A stretch of 64,000 bases of DNA from an uncultured Trueperaceae bacterium (lineage in GTDB: Bacteria > Deinococcota > Deinococci > Deinococcales > Trueperaceae). The notes under the pieces were generated by a model that worked only from the letters and a program-made list of their open reading frames with translations, had not been told where the DNA came from and did not search any database. This document shows, piece by piece, positions 28,057-37,405 of this stretch; position 1 is the stretch's first letter; every line of letters starts with the position of its first letter. Both the position numbers and the translations under genes were made by a program. The DNA lies in assembly GCA_963815215.1 (NCBI GenBank), contig CAWFFU010000010.1:128001-192000 (forward strand), in the 5' to 3' direction.

Positions 28057-30359
28057 ACCCGGGGCACGCCCGCGGCGGCAGCGGACTCGGCCGCCACCGA
28101 GTGGGCCGTGCCGGCACGCTCGATGCGGGCGATGGCGTCCTTGTACGCGGGGATCTGGGCGTTGGGCGAGCGCGCGCCGGGATCGACCAGCACGTTCGCT
28201 TCCGGCCAGTGCAGCTGGACCGAGCCGGGCGCGACATCGGCGGTGAAGAGCCGTCCGCGGAAGGCGCCGTGCTCGTTCGCCACCACCACCGCCTCGCCGC
28301 TCCCAACGCCGAGGCGCGCGGCTTCGTCCCGGTGGACGATGACGGCGTCACGGGGCATCCCGTTCATGGGGTCGACGTCCTCGTGGACGATGCTGTTGAA
28401 CTGCTTGCCGCGCCGCGTGATGACCACGAAGCTGCCCGCTTCCCGGAGCAACTCGGGGGGAGCGGCCGCCAGGAAGCGCGCCCTGCCACTGGGGGTCGGG
28501 AAGGTCCAGCCCTCGCACAACCGCGGCCCACCGTACTGGACCTGGTCCCCCTTCCCGGCAAGCGACTGGATGCCGTCGTACATCGGGATGACACGGGCGA
28601 TCTCAGCGCGGATGGCGGCGGTCCCAGAGAAGCGGACCTTCTCCGCCAGCGACGGCCGGGCGCGCGCTACGATCTCCGACAGGACCTCCCACTCGGGGCG
28701 GGCCTCAGCGATGCGCGGTCCCGGGATCTCCGGGCTGAACACGATACGGCGCTCGGTGGACGTCTCGGTCACCCCGCCCGGCATCTCGTAGCGGGTGGTG
28801 GCGGGTAGCAGCAGCACGATGTCGGCGGGATCCTGGAGCATCTGGCTGCTCGGCACGATGTCGAGGTGCACGCGCAGCCCGATCCGCGCCAGCGCATCGT
28901 CGACGCCTCCGGGTCCGGGCATCACTTCGCGGAAGTTGCCGCCGACCGCCATGAGCACATCGATCTCGCCACGCCGAGCGGCATCGAGCATCTCGGGCGT
29001 GGTGAGCCCCTTGCCGGTAGGTACCGTGAACCCGTACAGCGCCGACAGGGCAGCGGTGTGCTCGGCGTCGGCCGGGTGACCACCCGGCAGGACGGTGGCG
29101 TAGGCGCCCATCTCGGCGCCGCCCTGCACCCCGGAGTGTCCGCGGATCGGCATGAGGCCGCAGCCCTCGCGGCCCACGAAGCCCCTGGAGAGCGCCAGGT
29201 CGATGATGGCCCGGACGTTCTCCTCACCGAACGCATGCTGCGTGATGCCCATGCCCCACACGAAGACGGCGCGATGCGCCCCGCCGAGCAGGCGGGCGTA
29301 CGTCTCCATGTCGGCGCGGGCCGTGCCGCTCGAGCGCTCCAGGTCCTCCCAGGTCAGCCCGTCGAGCAGTGCGGCGAGCTCGTCGAAGCCCTCGGTGTGC
29401 TCGTCGATGAAGGCGCGATCGACCGCGCCCTCCCGGATCATGGCCTTGAGCGTGCCGCGTAGGAAGGCCTGATCGCCCCCCGGCGCGATGCGGAAGGCAT
29501 GGTCGCTGATGCGGGTGCCGAAGAGCGCGCTCTCCACGTCCGATGGCACCCAGTAGCGGTCCATGCCCGGCTCGACGTAGGGGTTGACGGTGACGACCTT
29601 GGTGCCCGCCTTCTTGGCGTGGTAGAGGTACTTCATCACCACGGGCTGGTTCTTGGAGACGTTGGAGCCGATGAACGTCACCACGTCGGTGCCGATGAGG
29701 TCGCTGTAGGAGACGGTGGTGGCGCCGACCCCGAGCCCGGCCTTGAGGCCGACCGTGCTGGGCGAGTGGCACACCCGGGCGGCGTTGTCGACATTGTTGG
29801 TGCCGAGCGCGCGCATCGCCTTCTGCGCCACGTAGTAGGTCTCGTTGGGGATGCCGCGACTGGTCAGATAGAGGTAGGCGCGGTCGGGCTCGGTGGCGCC
29901 GAGCCGCTCGGCGACGAGATCGATGGCCTCGTCCCAGGCGATGCGCGTGAAGCCCGGTTCGCCGCGCCGGCGGATCATCGGATGCGGGAGCCGGCCCAGC
30001 GCGCGAAGCTCGCGCGAGCGCAGACCCCTGAGCTTCGACACGTCCGCCAGCCGGCTCGGGTCGAGCGCCCCCATGGTGTTGAGGCGCAGCAGCCGAAGGC
30101 GCACGTTGCACAGGTGGACGCCGTCGATGGTCCAGTCGCTCATGCCGCTCGTGCCGAGCGCGCAGCCGTCGCACACGCCGTCTTGCAGGATGCGCCAGGC
30201 GTAGCCTGCGGCATCGCGGTTCTCCCACGCCGCCCTGAACACCTCCCGGAAGTTCTCGGTGTGGGCCAGCGGTACGCGGGTGGCCCAGGTGGACGCGTCC
30301 CAGCCCTTCTTGTTGGGCGGACGGACGGAACGCTTCGGTCGGCTGCTCATGAACGACAT
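28053..30359 (-). CDS. FdhF/YdeP family molybdopterin oxidoreductase
   Basis: CDGCALG, NNVDNAARVCHSPS, MPIRGHSGVQG, TRRGKQFNS, PEANVL; ATGA overlap with fdhD; start 30359 or 30377. Confidence 0.92.
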   Translation of the reverse strand: MSFMSSRPKRSVRPPNKKGWDASTWATRVPLAHTENFREVFRAAWENRDAAGYAWRILQDGVCDGCALGTSGMSDWTIDGVHLCNVRLRLLRLNTMGALDPSRLADVSKLRGLRSRELRALGRLPHPMIRRRGEPGFTRIAWDEAIDLVAERLGATEPDRAYLYLTSRGIPNETYYVAQKAMRALGTNNVDNAARVCHSPSTVGLKAGLGVGATTVSYSDLIGTDVVTFIGSNVSKNQPVVMKYLYHAKKAGTKVVTVNPYVEPGMDRYWVPSDVESALFGTRISDHAFRIAPGGDQAFLRGTLKAMIREGAVDRAFIDEHTEGFDELAALLDGLTWEDLERSSGTARADMETYARLLGGAHRAVFVWGMGITQHAFGEENVRAIIDLALSRGFVGREGCGLMPIRGHSGVQGGAEMGAYATVLPGGHPADAEHTAALSALYGFTVPTGKGLTTPEMLDAARRGEIDVLMAVGGNFREVMPGPGGVDDALARIGLRVHLDIVPSSQMLQDPADIVLLLPATTRYEMPGGVTETSTERRIVFSPEIPGPRIAEARPEWEVLSEIVARARPSLAEKVRFSGTAAIRAEIARVIPMYDGIQSLAGKGDQVQYGGPRLCEGWTFPTPSGRARFLAAAPPELLREAGSFVVITRRGKQFNSIVHEDVDPMNGMPRDAVIVHRDEAARLGVGSGEAVVVANEHGAFRGRLFTADVAPGSVQLHWPEANVLVDPGARSPNAQIPAYKDAIARIERAGTAHSVAAESAAAAGVPRV

Positions 30360-30680
30360 GGCTCGCGCACCTCCCATGCGCGGCGGACGCCCGGCCGGAT
30401 GCAGCCGGCGCGACCCCCACGGGCGTTTCGGTTGGCGCCACTATAGGCCCGTGCTCCATGCGAGCGATGAGCGCGCCGCTACGCCAGGCGACAGAAGGGC
30501 CGCACCGTAGCGCGGCCGGGAGCGGGCGTGGGCCGCCCGCCTGGACAGAACGGCGCGGCCCGGAGTGAAGGGAAGGGGTCGGGGGGAGCGGCGGGATCAG
30601 CCCTCCACCGCGTACGGGCGCACCTCCACGAACCAGCCGTCGCGGCGGGCGAAGATGCGCCCGCCGTGGCCCGTGCCGCT

Positions 30681-30700
30681 CGATAACGCTCCGATAACGC
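30681..30700 (+). promoter_or_regulatory. Direct repeat with 11-bp period upstream of the lipoprotein gene
   Basis: CGATAACGC-tc-CGATAACGC. Confidence 0.35.
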
Positions 30701-30750
30701 CGCACTGCCTAGGCTCACGCCGATAGGTGGTGGGACGCATGTGCAGGACC

Positions 30751-31956
30751 ATGAGATCCGTCGTATTGGTCGGGCTCGTAGCTCTCGTTGCTGGGGTGCT
30801 CGCGGCGTGCGCTGGAGGGACGGCTCCGGCCTCCGGTGGGACGGGGCCCGGGACCGGGCCCGTCACGGCGAGCATCGGACCGGCGGGGGGCGCGGTGACG
30901 TCGTCGGATGGGATCGTGACCCTCACGGTCCCCAAAGGGGCGCTGACGAAGACGCTGACCTTCGGCATCGCGCCGGCCACGACTGCGCCCAACGGGGCGA
31001 TCCTCTCCTACGAACTGACGCCGTCGGGGACGACGTTTGCGGTTCCGGCAACGCTGACAGTCGAGACGCGGACGCTGTCGTTGCCGGCCGGAACGTCCGA
31101 GAGCGACGTGCGGATCGAAACTGCGGCAGGCGGTGCCTGGCACGGGCTGTTCACGACCCTCGACAGTGGTACCCACACGGCATCCGCGTCGCTGGCGCAC
31201 CTCAGCACCTACGGCGTGGTGGTGCCGGCGCTGACGAGCAGGTTGGTGCTGGGCTGGGTCCCGTCCGACCCCATCGTGGCCACGCTGGCGGAGAGTACGA
31301 CCGACTTCTACCAGGACCAGGTCACGATCCACGACCCCGCGGTGGCGCCGCCCACGGCGCCGACCTGCGGTGCGTGGGACTGGCTGAACAGGCGTACCTA
31401 CTACGACGCCGGCGGGGTCCAGTGGACGGCGTCGGCGCCGCCATCGTCGGTCAATCCTTACCCGGCGTTCGGCCAGGAGGCGTTCTCGGTGCTGGGGTCG
31501 GGGACCGGCTTCGCGATCGCCACGAAGCTCCAGGCCAGTGCGGACTCCGGCGGCGAGGTCTACGTCGGGTACACGGCTGGCAACGCCGGCTCCATCGGGC
31601 CGTTCACGATCGCGGAGATCGACAACCCGAGTGGTGCGCAACGAACGCTGAGCCTGCGTTGGGCCTCGAGTGGCTCCTTCAACGGATCGGGCCCCGACGG
31701 ATACTTCGCTAGCTCGCAAGTCGAGTACGACTACCAGGCGGCCGATGGTACCTGCTCGGGCGGGTCCGTGAGCTTCGGGTCGGGGGTTCCCGGCACTCCC
31801 GTCGGGTCGACGACGTCGTTCACGATCCCGGCGGGGTCGGTCAAGATCTGGGTCGACATCGCCTCCTACGCGACCTTCGACATCTCCATGGACACCATGC
31901 GGGCGTTCACCGTCAAGGGCGCGCTCGACGACGAGCTCGACGTACAGGTCGAGTGA
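30751..31956 (+). CDS. Lipoprotein with ZU5-like N-terminal domain and unknown beta-rich C-terminal domain
   Basis: Lipobox LAAC; IGPAGGAV...LTVPKGAL...YELTPSGTTFAVPATL...HLSTYGV; S/T/G-rich. Confidence 0.7.
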   Translation: MRSVVLVGLVALVAGVLAACAGGTAPASGGTGPGTGPVTASIGPAGGAVTSSDGIVTLTVPKGALTKTLTFGIAPATTAPNGAILSYELTPSGTTFAVPATLTVETRTLSLPAGTSESDVRIETAAGGAWHGLFTTLDSGTHTASASLAHLSTYGVVVPALTSRLVLGWVPSDPIVATLAESTTDFYQDQVTIHDPAVAPPTAPTCGAWDWLNRRTYYDAGGVQWTASAPPSSVNPYPAFGQEAFSVLGSGTGFAIATKLQASADSGGEVYVGYTAGNAGSIGPFTIAEIDNPSGAQRTLSLRWASSGSFNGSGPDGYFASSQVEYDYQAADGTCSGGSVSFGSGVPGTPVGSTTSFTIPAGSVKIWVDIASYATFDISMDTMRAFTVKGALDDELDVQVE

Positions 31957-31960
31957 GAAG

Positions 31961-31993
31961 GTGCTGGCGCCGGAGCATCTCCGGCGCCAGCAC
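31961..31993. terminator. Hairpin between convergent genes
   Basis: GTGCTGGCGCCGGAG-cat-CTCCGGCGCCAGCAC perfect 15-bp stem. Confidence 0.7.
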
Positions 31994-32035
31994 GTCGTCG
32001 TGTGGATGGCAGGGGCGCCCGCGGCGCCTCCCTTT

Positions 32036-32590
32036 CTAGACCAGCTCGGCCTCCCAGCCTGCCCGGGCTGCGCCCCGCTCTAGCGCTTCGAGGTTCATGG
32101 CCAGCAGGTTGCGCCGATGCGGCGGGATGACGTGGTCCAGGGTCGCCTTGATTTGCTCGAGCCCCACCACCGGCAGCCGCGCCAGCAGCGCGCCGACCAG
32201 TACCAGGTTGGTGACCTTGCCGTCGCCCAGCGTGCGGGCGATGTCGTCGCCCGGGACCAGCACCACCTCGATGTCGGGGCGCTGCGGCCGGCGCTCGATG
32301 ATCGAGCTGTTGACCACCAGCACCCCGCCGGGCTTGACCAGCGGCTCGTAGCGTTCGAGCGACGGCAGATTGAGGACGATGGCGGCGCGCGGGTTGCGCA
32401 CCACCGGCGAGCCGATAGTGGCGTCGGAGACGATGGTGGTGCAGTGGGCGGTGCCGCCCCGCATCTCGGGGCCGTAGGAGGGGAACCAGGTGGTGTGCAG
32501 GCCCGCGTCGAGCGCGGCGTAGGCCAGCAGCTGGCCGGCGAAGAGGGCGCCCTGGCCGCCGAAGCCGGAGATCACGATCTCGGTCTGCAT
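32036..32590 (-). CDS. 2-oxoacid:ferredoxin oxidoreductase gamma subunit
   Basis: SGFGGQG, PSYGPEMRGGTA; TGATG overlap with beta subunit. Confidence 0.92.
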   Translation of the reverse strand: MQTEIVISGFGGQGALFAGQLLAYAALDAGLHTTWFPSYGPEMRGGTAHCTTIVSDATIGSPVVRNPRAAIVLNLPSLERYEPLVKPGGVLVVNSSIIERRPQRPDIEVVLVPGDDIARTLGDGKVTNLVLVGALLARLPVVGLEQIKATLDHVIPPHRRNLLAMNLEALERGAARAGWEAELV

Positions 32591-33399
32591 CAGCGTGCCG
32601 CCTTCCCGTTCCCGGAGGGCTGCGCCGCGGCCGTGGCCTGCGGGGCCTTGAACTCGCCCAACGGGTAGACCGGCACCATGGAGTCGCGGATGAAGTCGAG
32701 CGCGCCCTGTGCGTCGAGGCCCCAGTTGGTGGGGCAGCTCGATAGCAGCTCGACCATCGCGAACCCCAGATCCTGCTGCTGCACTTCGAAGGCCTTGCGG
32801 ATGGCCTTCTTGGCGCGCCGGATGTGCACCACGTCGTGGAGGCTCTGACGCGCCACGTAGACGGCGCCGTCGACCTGGGCGAGCAGTTCGCTCATCTTCA
32901 ACGGGTAGCCCTGGGTCGCGACGTTGCGGCCCAGCGGCGAGGAGGTGGTGGCCTGCCCCACCAGCGTGGTGGGCGCCATCTGACCGCCGGTCATGCCGTA
33001 GATGGCGTTGTTGATGAAGATGACGGTGATCCTCTCGCCCCGTGCGGCCGCGTGCAGGATCTCGGCGGCGCCGATGGAAGCGAGGTCGCCGTCGCCCTGG
33101 TAGGTGAAGATCGTCTTGCCCGGGCTGGTGCGTTTGAGGCCCGTGGCCAGCGCCGGTGCGCGGCCGTGGGGCGCCTGTGCGAAGTCGACCGCGAAGTAGT
33201 TGTAGGCGAACACCGAGCAGCCGACCGACGCCACCCCGATGGTGGTCTCGCGCAACCCGAGCTCGTCGATCACCTCGGCCACCAGGCGGTGGGCGATGCC
33301 GTGGGTGCAGCCCGGGCAATAGTGGGTGGACGTCGGTGCCAGCGCCTCGGGGTAGCTCACCACCGGCGCCAGCGTGCGGCTGGGTGCCTGAACGCTCAT
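32590..33399 (-). CDS. 2-oxoacid:ferredoxin oxidoreductase beta (TPP-binding) subunit
   Basis: [42 protein letters not shown]. Confidence 0.93.
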   Translation of the reverse strand: MSVQAPSRTLAPVVSYPEALAPTSTHYCPGCTHGIAHRLVAEVIDELGLRETTIGVASVGCSVFAYNYFAVDFAQAPHGRAPALATGLKRTSPGKTIFTYQGDGDLASIGAAEILHAAARGERITVIFINNAIYGMTGGQMAPTTLVGQATTSSPLGRNVATQGYPLKMSELLAQVDGAVYVARQSLHDVVHIRRAKKAIRKAFEVQQQDLGFAMVELLSSCPTNWGLDAQGALDFIRDSMVPVYPLGEFKAPQATAAAQPSGNGKAAR

Positions 33400-34478
33400 G
33401 CCACCGCCTCCTCGGGATGGAGCTCTCGCTGCAGGTCCCGGATGGCGCCCAGGACCTCCTCGGGCATCGGTACCACGCCGCCGGTGCGCCCGAAGAAGTG
33501 GATCGGCACGCGCTCGCGGGTGGCGCGGCGCACGTCGGTCAGCATCTGGCCGGCGTTCATCTCGACCACCAGGATGGCGTCGACCTCGTCGGCGAGGCGC
33601 AACAGCCGCTCCTCCGGGAAGGGGTAGAGGGTGATGGGCCGGAGCAGGCCCACCGCGGTCCCCTCGGCCCGCGCCGCCTCGATGGCGGTGAGCGACAGCC
33701 GGCCGGCGGTGCCGAAGGCGACCACCGCGATGCGGGCGTCCTCGAGGTACGTCTCGTCGAAGCGCACCTCGTGGCGTTCGATCTCGCGGTAGCTGGCCTG
33801 CAACTCCCGGTTGTACGCCTCTTCCTCCTCGGGGTCGAGGTAGATCGAGGTGATGGCGTGGGGCTCGCGGCCGTGGGCGCCGGTGAGGGCCCAGGCCGGG
33901 CGCGCCTCGACGGGTCGGGGCTCGGTCATCGGCGGCAGCTCGGCGGGCTCCATCATCTGGCCGAGGCTGCCGTCGGCCAGGACCACGGTGACGCAGCGGT
34001 AGCGCTCGGCCAGGTCGAAGGCCAGGACCGTGAGGTCGATGAGCTCCTGTACGGTGGCAGGTGCCAGCACGATCATGCGCATGTCGCCGTGGGGACCGCC
34101 CTTGACCATCTGGTTGTAGTCGCTCTGGGCGGGGGCGATGTTGCCGAGGCCGGGCCCGCCGCGCATGACGTCGACGATGACCACCGGGACGCGCGAGCCG
34201 GCGATGTAGGACAGACCCTCCATCATCAGGCTGACGCCCGGGCTGGACGACGAGGTCATGACGCGCACGCCGGCGGTGGCGGCGCCGTAGACCATGTTGA
34301 TGGCGGCCACCTCGCTCTCGGCCTGCACGAAGGTTCGACCCAGCTCGGGCATGCGCCTGGCCATGTGCTCGAGCGCCTCGGTCTGCGGCGTGATGGGGTA
34401 GCCGAAATAGGCTTCGCAGCCGGCACGGATGGCGGCCTCGGCGAAGGCGACGTTGCCCTTGAGGAGCTGGCGTGCCAT
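33396..34478 (-). CDS. 2-oxoacid:ferredoxin oxidoreductase alpha subunit (ketoisovalerate/VOR-like)
   Basis: [39 protein letters not shown]. Confidence 0.93.
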   Translation of the reverse strand: MARQLLKGNVAFAEAAIRAGCEAYFGYPITPQTEALEHMARRMPELGRTFVQAESEVAAINMVYGAATAGVRVMTSSSSPGVSLMMEGLSYIAGSRVPVVIVDVMRGGPGLGNIAPAQSDYNQMVKGGPHGDMRMIVLAPATVQELIDLTVLAFDLAERYRCVTVVLADGSLGQMMEPAELPPMTEPRPVEARPAWALTGAHGREPHAITSIYLDPEEEEAYNRELQASYREIERHEVRFDETYLEDARIAVVAFGTAGRLSLTAIEAARAEGTAVGLLRPITLYPFPEERLLRLADEVDAILVVEMNAGQMLTDVRRATRERVPIHFFGRTGGVVPMPEEVLGAIRDLQRELHPEEAVA

Positions 34479-34702
34479 CAGGCGGCCGCTCGCTCGCGGT
34501 AGACGGTGAAGGCGGCTTCCGGGCAGATCACGGAGCACAGCTCGCAGCCGGTGCACAGGCCGTCGGGATCGGTCAGCTCCACCGGGTGGTAGCCGCGCGC
34601 GCTGAACCGCGTGGAGAGCGCGAGCAGACCCTTGGGGCACACCCCGGTACAGAGCCCGCAGCCCTTGCACAACGATTCGTCGACGGAAACGGTACCCTTC
34701 AT
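34478..34702 (-). CDS. 2[4Fe-4S] ferredoxin (delta subunit)
   Basis: [12 protein letters not shown] and [27 protein letters not shown] overlap with alpha subunit. Confidence 0.93.
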   Translation of the reverse strand: MKGTVSVDESLCKGCGLCTGVCPKGLLALSTRFSARGYHPVELTDPDGLCTGCELCSVICPEAAFTVYRERAAA

Positions 34703-34749
34703 GGGTCCCTCCTCGCTTGTCTGTTGCCTAACGGTAGCGCCGTCGAGGT

Positions 34750-34763
34750 GGGCCTTTTGTCCC
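34750..34763. promoter_or_regulatory. DevR/DosR-like box upstream of the oxidoreductase operon
   Basis: Minus strand ttGGGACAAAAGGCCC, exact fit to GGGNC-N4-GNCCC, 13 nt before a TACCGT -10 candidate. Confidence 0.55.
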
Positions 34764-34875
34764 AACACGGTACAAAACCGGGATCGACATGCCGCGCGCG
34801 GTCGAGCCGGGACGCCTCGCGCGACCCGGCGGCGCAGCGTTCGTGGCGACCGGCGTGAGGGCGGCGGGCCCGAAG

Positions 34876-36600
34876 TCAGGCCCGGTCCGGCGTCCGGTCG
34901 CTCGGGCCGGTCCGGCGGGCGCGCAGGCGGTTGGCGAGCGCCAGCCGCAACTCGCCCCACGCTCCCACCGGCGAGTCGGCGATGGCCACGGCCTCCAGCG
35001 CTCTCAGCACCCCGACGCCGGGAGGGTGGGCCAGGTAGCGCGGCTCCCAGTCGGGATGGAACTTGCTCTTGAACACGTGCAGGCCCTTGAAGTTGTACAG
35101 GGCGTTGCCGCGCTCGAAGACCGTCGCGAGCGCGCGCTCGGTGAGCGGCGCCCGCGCCGAGGCGTCGAGCCCGCTCAGCGCCGACAGGCCGAGGTCCGCC
35201 CGCTCCACCCCTTGCTCGCGCAAGCGTTCCAGGAGCCGCACGAACAGGAACAGCATGGTCTCGGAGGGCGCGCCGTCGACGAAGCGCATGAGGTCGACCG
35301 CCAGCCCGGAGCGGCCGTACTCGGGGATGAGGTTCACGAACGCCTGCACCGCGGCGTCGGGTCCTTCCACGGTGACCACCGGGCAGCCGGCGATGTAGGC
35401 CTCGTCGTAGCGGCCCAGCGAGAAGTCCTTCTCGGAGGTACGCCGGCTCCGCAGCCACGCCGCGGACACGGCGGCCAGGGCGTGCAGGCGTTCGGGCGGT
35501 TGCGGCGGGTCGTGCCACACCACCCGGTACCCCTCCCGGTCCATCCGGTTCACGCCGGCGCGCAGGTTCTTGTTGCGGGCACCGGAGAGGGTGAACGACG
35601 CCAGCGCGACGACCGCCTGCTGGCCGATGAGGGTGGTCTGCAGGCCGGCGGCCCGGTAGTGCGCCCGGGCGTCGGGCCGTACCTGGTAGAAGACCGGTCG
35701 CCAGGCGCGCTCCCGGCAGAAGCTCACGAACGCGGCGGCCGCGGCGGCGGCGTCCTCGTCCGGGCCGATCGGGTCGCCCAGCGCCAGCCCGACGTTGCCG
35801 ACCGGCTTGTAGGCGACGACCGATCCGCCTGGGGTGAACAGGTACTGCTTGTTGCCCAGCAGGGCGATGTGGGCCAGGCTGGAGCGACCGTGCGCATCGA
35901 CGATGGCCTGCGCAGCCCGGCGCTCCGGCTCGCCGGCGCGGTCGCGTTCCACCACCGGCCGCAGGGCCATCACCACGGCGGTTCCGAGGCTGGCCGCCGC
36001 CAGCAGGTAGATGCTGTCGAGGAAGAAGTGCGCCAGCCGCGTGTGCGGCAGGGGAGGGGCGCCGAAGGTGAACATCGAGACGGTGGCCGACAGTGCCTGC
36101 GGGAGGCTCAGCCGCAGGTGGAACTCGCGGTCGAGTGCGTCGTAGCCGAGGGTGCCGTAGAGCAGCGTCACGAACACCGCCAACGCCAGCACGCGCAGCG
36201 CCATGCGCGCCGTCGGGTGGTCGTGGCGCGCCACGAACTGGTGCCGGCCCAGCAACAACAGGCCGAGCATCAGCAGGCTGACGGCGGCCGCCTCGAGCTC
36301 GAGCCCCTTGAGCAAGTTGGCCAGCGTGCCCAGGCTCAGTACCGCCACGCTCAACCACCAGGCGTTGCGTTGCCGTCGTGCCAGCCCGCGCGCCAGGACC
36401 AGCAGGGCGAAGCCTGCCAGGCCGGCGGCGAGACGGCTGGCGGCGCGGTACTCGAACGGGACCACGGCCCGTAGCAGGTCGAGGCGTTCGGGCACGACGG
36501 CCTTGGCCGCCGACCAGATGTCGACCAGACCCACCGCGAACACCAGCAGCACCGCCAGCCGCACCCACCCGCCGGCGGCGAGGTGAAGGCCCCGCCTCAC
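34876..36600 (-). CDS. MprF-like aminoacyl-phosphatidylglycerol synthase domain protein (DUF2156) with about 6 TM segments
   Basis: LALGDPIG, EKDFSLG, VDLMR, LGLSAL, YNFKGLHVFKSKFHPDWEPRYL. Confidence 0.88.
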   Translation of the reverse strand: MRRGLHLAAGGWVRLAVLLVFAVGLVDIWSAAKAVVPERLDLLRAVVPFEYRAASRLAAGLAGFALLVLARGLARRQRNAWWLSVAVLSLGTLANLLKGLELEAAAVSLLMLGLLLLGRHQFVARHDHPTARMALRVLALAVFVTLLYGTLGYDALDREFHLRLSLPQALSATVSMFTFGAPPLPHTRLAHFFLDSIYLLAAASLGTAVVMALRPVVERDRAGEPERRAAQAIVDAHGRSSLAHIALLGNKQYLFTPGGSVVAYKPVGNVGLALGDPIGPDEDAAAAAAAFVSFCRERAWRPVFYQVRPDARAHYRAAGLQTTLIGQQAVVALASFTLSGARNKNLRAGVNRMDREGYRVVWHDPPQPPERLHALAAVSAAWLRSRRTSEKDFSLGRYDEAYIAGCPVVTVEGPDAAVQAFVNLIPEYGRSGLAVDLMRFVDGAPSETMLFLFVRLLERLREQGVERADLGLSALSGLDASARAPLTERALATVFERGNALYNFKGLHVFKSKFHPDWEPRYLAHPPGVGVLRALEAVAIADSPVGAWGELRLALANRLRARRTGPSDRTPDRA

Positions 36601-36648
36601 GGTGCTCGCCTCACGGTGCTCGCCTCACGATGTTCGCCTCACGGTGCC
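36593..36648 (-). repeat. 4 x 14-bp tandem repeat forming a chain of three GTGA-coupled 5-codon mini-ORFs
   Basis: TCAC at 36597, 36611, 36625, 36639; minus-strand unit AGCACCGTGAGGCG. Confidence 0.85.
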
Positions 36649-37298
36649 TGCCTCGCGCCGCGGCGCGCGCGCGCACCCAGCAGCCAGCCGAGCGCGCCGC
36701 CGTAGACGACCGTGAAGAGGTGCTCGGCGCCGGCGTTGACGTCGCGCCCCGGCACGCCATGCGCCGTCGCCGCGGCGAGCCAGCCCACCGCCGTGACGAC
36801 CGCGAAGGCGGGCACAAGCCAGCGCCAGCGCGGCGTCATCGCCAGGGCCAGCGCCAGCGCCCCGAAGTAGCCGGCCGACGCGCCGACGTCGCGAGCGTTG
36901 CGTACCAGCCCAGCGGTGGGCGGCAGCACGTAGAGTAGCGCCAGCGTCAGGAACGACAGCACGTGTAGTCCCAGGAACGCCAGGGCCGCCCACCAGCTGC
37001 CCGCTCGGCGTTCGAGCAGGCCCACCCCGAGGCCGGTCAGGGCCAGCGCCTGCAGCAGGCTCCAGGGGTCGGTGGTGAACCAGGCGGCGCCGAGGAGGCG
37101 CAGTAGATCCAGCGAGAGTCCGTCGGTCGGTCGGAATCCGGCATCGTGGATCACGTAGCGCGGCACCGCGTGCCAGGCGCTGCCGGTCAGCAGGCCGACC
37201 ACGACGAGCACGAGGAGCAACGTCAGCGTGACGGGATAGCGCCGTAGGCCGCGGAGCCTGGGAGGGGTACGAGAGGAGGGTAGGCCCGAGGACGCCAT
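36639..37298 (-). CDS. Integral membrane protein, rhomboid-like
   Basis: About 6 TM segments; LLERRAGSW, DVGASAG, EHL; start at ATG 37298 avoids overlap with the divergent gene. Confidence 0.65.
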   Translation of the reverse strand: MASSGLPSSRTPPRLRGLRRYPVTLTLLLVLVVVGLLTGSAWHAVPRYVIHDAGFRPTDGLSLDLLRLLGAAWFTTDPWSLLQALALTGLGVGLLERRAGSWWAALAFLGLHVLSFLTLALLYVLPPTAGLVRNARDVGASAGYFGALALALAMTPRWRWLVPAFAVVTAVGWLAAATAHGVPGRDVNAGAEHLFTVVYGGALGWLLGARARRGARQAP

Positions 37299-37405
37299 CC
37301 ACCGCCAGGATAAGCCCCGCCCGCTCCCCGAATCGGGCCGGAGACGACCGTGAGGGCGTGTCTGGGGCGTGCCGAGCCGGCGATGAGCGTGGTATGTCGG
37401 TAGGC

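Noticed and set aside
28053..30377. Selenocysteine recoding in the FdhF-like gene
   Set aside because: No in-frame TGA; the active-site position is Cys (ARVCH)
30597..30690. Minus-strand peptide-like tail GHGGRIFARRDGWFVEVRPYAVEG as a gene remnant
   Set aside because: Too short, no credible start or family assignment
32036..36568. Long ORF-track versions 32036-33319, 33396-34670 and 34478-36568 as fusion proteins
   Set aside because: N-terminal extensions are off-frame shadows of neighbouring genes; real starts have RBS or stop/start overlaps at 32590, 34478 and 34702
36593..36648. 14-bp repeats as a mini CRISPR array
   Set aside because: Units are contiguous and too short, with no unique spacers and no cas genes in the window
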